From positions 1 through 29,077 of the forward strand of contig CAXHJY010000227.1 of assembly GCA_964016885.1 (NCBI GenBank): 29,077 bases of DNA. The letters are read 5' to 3'. Numbering within the stretch: position 1 is the first letter of the stretch; every line of letters starts with the position of its first letter. The DNA is from Eledone cirrhosa (taxonomy: Eukaryota). Shown here in pieces: positions 15,501 through 29,077 of the stretch. A program made the translations under genes and the position numbers. A model generated the notes under the pieces. That model searched no databases and was not told the origin of the DNA. It saw only the letters and a program-made list of their open reading frames with translations.

Positions 15501-18158
15501 TAACGCTATGTGCTTTTACGATTCTCTAGAGAGGCCGGAAGATAGGTAAATATTGCTGATGAGTTGTAACAACAACGAAACTAGTTCAATATTCCTTGTC
15601 TGGCTTTCTGGAGAATAGAGGAAAGGTGTTTCCTCAAAAACCAGTATGACTCTAAAAACCGGTTTGTCTGTGTGTTTACATACGGAATAGCTGGCCACTC
15701 ACAGTAAAGTGACCAGTGAAAAAAACTTGGTACATCTACATATGTATACGTGTGTGTATTCATATACATACTAGTATTTCAGTATACATATATGGATGTA
15801 CATCTTTAACTTAATTGTTTAAGCGTCAGTCATACAAAAGTGAGTTACAAACGAAACGAAATTTAATTTCGTTTCGTTATTTGTTTTTATCGTCTCCGTT
15901 GAACCGGTACTTACTCACACTCTATGCAAATTAGTCTGCCCACTACTAATTTTCATAGAAAAAGCATATAACGCTATGTGCTTTTACGATTCTCTAGAGA
16001 GGCCGGAAGATAGGTAAATATTGCTGATGAGTTGTAACAACAACGAAACTAGTTCAATATTCCTTGTCTGGCTTTCTGGAGAATAGAGGAAAGGTGTTTC
16101 CTCAAAAACCAGTATGACTCTAAAAACCGGTTTGTCTGTGTGTTTACATACGGAATAGCTGGCCACTCACAGTAAAGTGACCAGTGAAAAAAACTTGGTA
16201 CATCTACATATGTATACGTGTGTGTATTCATATACATACTAGTATTTCAGTATACATATATGGATGTACATCTTTAACTTAATTGTTTAAGCGTCAGTCA
16301 TACAAAAGTGAGTTACAAACGAAACGAAATTTAATTTCGTTTCGTTATTTGTTTTTATCGTCTCCGTTGAACCGGTACTTACTCACACTCTATGCAAATT
16401 AGTCTGCCCACTACTAATTTTCATAGAAAAAGCATATAACGCTATGTGCTTTTACGATTCTCTAGAGAGGCCGGAAGATAGGTAAATATTGCTGATGAGT
16501 TGTAACAACAACGAAACTAGTTCAATATTCCTTGTCTGGCTTTCTGGAGAATAGAGGAAAGGTGTTTCCTCAAAAACCAGTATGACTCTAAAAACCGGTT
16601 TGTCTGTGTGTTTACATACGGAATAGCTGGCCACTCACAGTAAAGTGACCAGTGAAAAAAACTTGGTACATCTACATATGTATACGTGTGTGTATTCATA
16701 TACATACTAGTATTTCAGTATACATATATGGATGTACATCTTTAACTTAATTGTTTAAGCGTCAGTCATACAAAAGTGAGTTACAAACGAAACGAAATTT
16801 AATTTCGTTTCGTTATTTGTTTTTATCGTCTCCGTTGAACCGGTACTTACTCACACTCTATGCAAATTAGTCTGCCCACTACTAATTTTCATAGAAAAAG
16901 CATATAACGCTATGTGCTTTTACGATTCTCTAGAGAGGCCGGAAGATAGGTAAATATTGCTGATGAGTTGTAACAACAACGAAACTAGTTCAATATTCCT
17001 TGTCTGGCTTTCTGGAGAATAGAGGAAAGGTGTTTCCTCAAAAACCAGTATGACTCTAAAAACCGGTTTGTCTGTGTGTTTACATACGGAATAGCTGGCC
17101 ACTCACAGTAAAGTGACCAGTGAAAAAAACTTGGTACATCTACATATGTATACGTGTGTGTATTCATATACATACTAGTATTTCAGTATAAATATATGGA
17201 TGTACATCTTTAACTTAATTGTTTAAGCGTCAGTCATACAAAAGTGAGTTACAAACGAAACGAAATTTAATTTCGTTTCGTTATTTGTTTTTATCGTCTC
17301 CGTTGAACCGGTACTTACTCACACTCTATGCAAATTAGTCTGCCCACTACTAATTTTCATAGAAAAAGCATATAACGCTATGTGCTTTTACGATTCTCTA
17401 GAGAGGCCGGAAGATAGGTAAATATTGCTGATGAGTTGTAACAACAACGAAACTAGTTCAATATTCCTTGTCTGGCTTTCTGGAGAATAGAGGAAAGGTG
17501 TTTCCTCAAAAACCAGTATGACTCTAAAAACCGGTTTGTCTGTGTGTTTACATACGGAATAGCTGGCCACTCACAGTAAAGTGACCAGTGAAAAAAACTT
17601 GGTACATCTACATATGTATACGTGTGTGTATTCATATACATACTAGTATTTCAGTATACATATATGGATGTACATCTTTAACTTAATTGTTTAAGCGTCA
17701 GTCATACAAAAGTGAGTTACAAACGAAACGAAATTTAATTTCGTTTCGTTATTTGTTTTTATCGTCTCCGTTGAACCGGTACTTACTCACACTCTATGCA
17801 AATTAGTCTGCCCACTACTAATTTTCATAGAAAAAGCATATAACGCTATGTGCTTTTACGATTCTCTAGAGAGGCCGGAAGATAGGTAAATATTGCTGAT
17901 GAGTTGTAACAACAACGAAACTAGTTCAATATTCCTTGTCTGGCTTTCTGGAGAATAGAGGAAAGGTGTTTCCTCAAAAACCAGTATGACTCTAAAAACC
18001 GGTTTGTCTGTGTGTTTACATACGGAATAGCTGGCCACTCACAGTAAAGTGACCAGTGAAAAAAACTTGGTACATCTACATATGTATACGTGTGTGTATT
18101 CATATACATACTAGTATTTCAGTATACATATATGGATGTACATCTTTAACTTAATTGT
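9567..18158 (+). repeat. Right arm of 468-bp tandem array (~18.4 units, inverted relative to left arm); putative non-LTR retrozyme, ribozyme sense on plus strand
   Basis: Reverse complement of the left-arm unit with period 468-470. Ends at ...TTAATTGT fused to (TA)n. Confidence 0.95.
9924..9976 (+). ncRNA. Minimal type I hammerhead ribozyme (first of 18 plus-strand copies)
   Basis: Stem I AAUAUUG (9929-9935)/CAAUAUU (9967-9973); core CUGAUGA (9936-9942); stem II GUUGU-AACA-ACAAC; GAAA (9957-9960); palindromic stem III ACUAGU; GUU triplet, predicted cut after 9966. Copies start at 9924, 10392, 10861, 11331, 11799, 12268, 12736, 13204, 13672, 14140, 14608, 15076, 15544, 16012, 16480, 16948, 17416, 17884. 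Confidence 0.88.
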
Positions 18159-23002
<4,844 letters not shown>

Positions 23003-23030
23003 ACTTACCTCCTTTAATTCTGCATCTAGA

Positions 23031-23238
23031 TGTGTGTGTGGCCGTGTTTATGTGTGCGCCTCAATATCCATATAGTTATAATAATAATATATACGTATGT
23101 GAGTGTGTGTGTGTGTGTATATATGTGTGTGTGTTCGTAGGTATGTGTGTGTTTATGTATATATGCGTGTGTGTGTTTGAATGTATGTATATGTGTGTAT
23201 ATATGTGTGTATATATATATATGTATATGTATGTATAT
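23031..23238. repeat. Degenerate (GT)n/(TA)n microsatellite within a unique AT-rich island (23002-23822)
   Basis: Visible GTGTGT and TATGTG tracts. Confidence 0.8.
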
Positions 23239-23822
23239 TTTGTCTGTGGATTATAAACATACAGAGACATTAGCCCTGAATTTTGTATTTACATACACTT
23301 TTTCGACATGCGTATGCATGTGAACATACATTTTTATGCATATCTGTGAACGAAGTTACTTGCATATATACACACACCTAACTGTATTTTCTTGATGAAT
23401 TTTTATGTATTTCATTGGTCTATTTAAAATCTGTTCCCAAACAGACCTGTAATTTTGAATTGTTGTTATTATCAATAAATATACTTCATTATTTCTGAAG
23501 ACAGCATATATATGTGATGGTATGTATATTCTCTTTGACAGTTTGTATAATTTTGTACATAGATCTTTTGAATATGCATGCCAATTCTAACACATATATG
23601 TCCTAGAAACGATCGTTAAATAATGAACTTTTTTTGTTTAATATAAGGAACTGTTTCATTGTTTTATTCATTATTTTTTTAATATTTTATCTTGACTCTG
23701 TATTCCGTTTATCTTTCACCGATAGTGATTTTTGAATGCATCTCTTCTTTCCATGATATCCGGATTACATTGAGTTCTTCATACGGATTGGACACTACCG
23801 TAAACTTTTGGTAGATTTATCT

Positions 23823-24713
<891 letters not shown>

Positions 24714-24757
24714 ATATAATAAATAAATAACAAAGAACGCTTATAGCATATGCATAT

Positions 24758-24815
24758 CTTTACTTGCTAACATTGTTTCATCCACACTATAAGTGGGACT
24801 CATCAGAGCATAAAG
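24758..24815 (-). ncRNA. Minimal type I hammerhead ribozyme (family 2, left arm)
   Basis: Exact reverse complement of 26831-26888. Confidence 0.82.
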
Positions 24816-25472
24816 GTTAATTACATACCATACACGCAATAACAAATCCAAGACATTGAAGAATGAAAGGTAATAATAGACGATAGAGGATAAGAATAAA
24901 AAGTAAATAAAAATAAAAGTGAAAATAAAAATAAAAATAAAAATAAGGGGTGCTATCTGTCACAGTTGGGCGGTGTGCTGTCAACATATAGTTACATACA
25001 AGCATACACATTGATAAGAGAACAGACAAGAGTAGACACATGGATAAGAGAACAGACAAGAGTAGATAAGATAATGGGATTAGGTAAGAGTAGGTAAAAA
25101 ATAGGTAAAAAATAGGTAAAAAACAGACTTATAATATATATAAAAAGAAATACAAAGAAATACATAACAAACTTACATATAAAATATAAAATATAGGGTA
25201 AGGAATGAGATAAAATAAAATAATATACAATTAAAAATTAAAAATTATATACATAGAACATAATATAGTATAATCGTAAAATAAGATAAAATAAGGTAAA
25301 CTAAAATCAAATAACATAGACTAAATTAAAATTAAAATCAAATGTGTAATTATAATTATATGTATAATTAAATGTAATTAAATAAATAAATAAAGAAATA
25401 AATAAATAAAAATTAAATAAATAAATAAAATTAAAATTTAAATTTTAAAATTTTAAAATTAAAATCTAAATA

Positions 25473-25503
<31 letters not shown>

Positions 25504-25618
25504 ATGGAGTCAAGTAAGTAAATAAATAAAATTAGATAACATGAAATGAAATAAAATAAAATGAAATAAAGTAAATTGAGATAAGATATATATTTTTTAG
25601 AATATATCTCTTGAATAT

Positions 25619-25751
25619 ATCAGGGGCCCACGAAGGCACTAAATGTCACAGTTATGTGTATCACTTGACCAATTTTTCAAAATACATTTCTTGAAAACAT
25701 CAGGGGCCCACGAAGGCACTAAGTGTCACAGTCACCAGTATCACTTGACCA
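25619..25751. repeat. 80-bp-period direct repeat (2 copies of a ~53-bp GC-richer motif), mirrored at ~25868-25999
   Basis: ATCAGGGGCCCACGAAGGCACTAARTGTCACAGT...GTATCACTTGACCA at 25619 and 25699. Confidence 0.88.
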
Positions 25752-26115
25752 TTGCAAGGCAATGGAGGCGTCCCAGGTTGGGCAGTCTCGAAAGTTCACT
25801 CGAAAGTCATGGGTGTGCATTCACACAGTTGAGCGGTGGGGTAATCACAAACCGGTTCACACACCAATGGTCAAGTGATACTGGTGACTGTGACACTTAG
25901 TGCCTCGTGGGCCCCTGATGTTTTCAAGAAATGTATTTTGAAAAATTGGTCAAGTGATACACATAACTGTGACATTTAGTGCCTTCGTGGGCCCCTGATA
26001 TATTCAAGAGATATATTCTAAAAAAATATATATCTTATCTCAATTTACTTTATTTCATTTTATTTTATTTCATTTCATGTTATCTAATTTTATTTATTTA
26101 CTTACTTGACTCCAT

Positions 26116-26158
<43 letters not shown>

Positions 26159-26580
26159 TATTTAAATTTAGATTTTAATTTTAAAATTTTAAAATTTAAA
26201 TTTTAATTTTATTTATTTATTTAATTTTAATTTTTATTTATTTATTTCTTTATTTATTTATTTAATTACATTTAATTACATTTAATTATACATATAATTA
26301 TAATTACACATTTGATTTTAATTTTAATTTAGTCTATGTTATTTGATTTTAGTTTACCTTATTTTATCTTATTTTACGATTATACTATATTATGTTCTAT
26401 GTATATAATTTTTAATTTTTAATTGTATATTATTTTATTTTATCTCATTCCTTACCCTATATTTTATATGTAAGTTTGTTATGTATTTCTTTGTATTTCT
26501 TTTTATATATATTATAAGTCTGTTTTTTACCTATTTTTTACCTATTTTTTACCTACTCTTACCTAATCCCATTATCTTAT

Positions 26581-26640
26581 CTACTCTTGTCTGTTCTCTT
26601 ATCCATGTGTCTACTCTTGTCTGTTCTCTTAACCATGTGT
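26581..26640. repeat. 30-bp tandem repeat x2 inside the arm (mirrored at ~25006-25065)
   Basis: CTACTCTTGTCTGTTCTCTTAWCCATGTGT twice. Confidence 0.85.
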
Positions 26641-26830
26641 ATGCTTGTATGTAACTATATGTTGACAGCACACCGCCCAACTGTGACAGATAGCACCCCT
26701 TATTTTTATTTTTATTTTTATTTTCACTTTTATTTTTATTTACTTTTTATTCTTATCCTCTATCGTCTATTATTACCTTTCATTCTTCAATGTCTTGGAT
26801 TTGTTATTGCTTGTATGTTATGTAATTAAC

Positions 26831-26888
26831 CTTTATGCTCTGATGAGTCCCACTTATAGTGTGGATGAAACAATGTTAGCAAGTAAAG
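26831..26888 (+). ncRNA. Minimal type I hammerhead ribozyme (family 2, right arm)
   Basis: Stem I CUUUA-UGCU / AGCA-(AG bulge)-UAAAG; core CUGAUGA (26840-26846); stem II GUCC-CAC-UUAUA-GUG-(U)-GGAU; GAAA (26867-26870); stem III AC-AAU-GU; GUU triplet, predicted cut after 26877. Confidence 0.82.
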
Positions 26889-27023
26889 ATATGCATATGC
26901 TATAAGCGTTCTTTGTTATTTATTTATTATATTACGGCTCTGTCCCCAGACATTGAGCTAACCTCATACTGCCTGCTGGATAAGTGGAGTGTTATACACC
27001 CCTGATCCTTTCCCTAGCATACT

Positions 27024-29077
<2,054 letters not shown>

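Larger units (their letters stand above)
24714..26932. mobile_element. 2.2-kb fold-back element: ~1.05-kb inverted arms (24714-25754 and 25865-26932) with a 110-bp spacer; probably inverted Penelope-like pseudo-LTR or 3' ends
   Basis: The arms are reverse complements with a few substitutions and indels in AT runs. Each has a minimal hammerhead near its outer end. The inverted repeat is certain; the Penelope-like assignment is inferred, as no RT or GIY-YIG ORF is present. Confidence 0.75.

Noticed and set aside
5461-18109. Repeated 60-aa and 62-aa ORFs in each 468-bp unit
   Set aside because: Short, with no recognisable domain, and antisense to the ribozyme strand; the 62-aa frame is broken by run-length variants.
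5341-18158. CRISPR array
   Set aside because: Whole units are identical with no variable spacers, there are no cas genes, and the context is eukaryotic.
23495-23520. CTGAAGA followed by a weak hairpin, possible third hammerhead
   Set aside because: No GAAA, stem III or closing stem I follows.
24817-26829. 75-85 aa ORFs in the fold-back arms and spacer
   Set aside because: Low-complexity or spanning the inversion junction; no GIY-YIG, RT or transposase motifs seen.

Overview
AT-rich eukaryotic (probably invertebrate) repeat region with no intact host gene. About 40% is G- or C-interrupted (TA)n microsatellite, which produces all the long Y/I/M/C/H/T ORFs. Four elements sit in it. (1) A 5'-truncated RTE-like LINE on the minus strand (124-2144) with a C4HC3 PHD-like finger inside the reverse transcriptase. 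(2) A 12.8-kb array of ~27.4 near-identical 468-bp units (5341-18158). Each complete unit carries a minimal type I hammerhead ribozyme, so this looks like a non-LTR retrozyme array. It has two oppositely oriented arms (9 and ~18.4 units) whose homopolymer variants mirror each other across a fold-back junction at ~9567. (3) A 2.2-kb inverted repeat (24714-26932) with a second, unrelated minimal hammerhead near the outer end of each arm, resembling Penelope-like pseudo-LTRs. (4) An orphan 55-bp piece of element 3 (3384-3438) that starts 4 nt after the predicted self-cleavage site. Both ribozyme elements have their ribozyme-sense strands pointing outward from a central inversion, and most outer ends are fused to (TA)n. 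Structures were read by eye; no folding software or database search was run.
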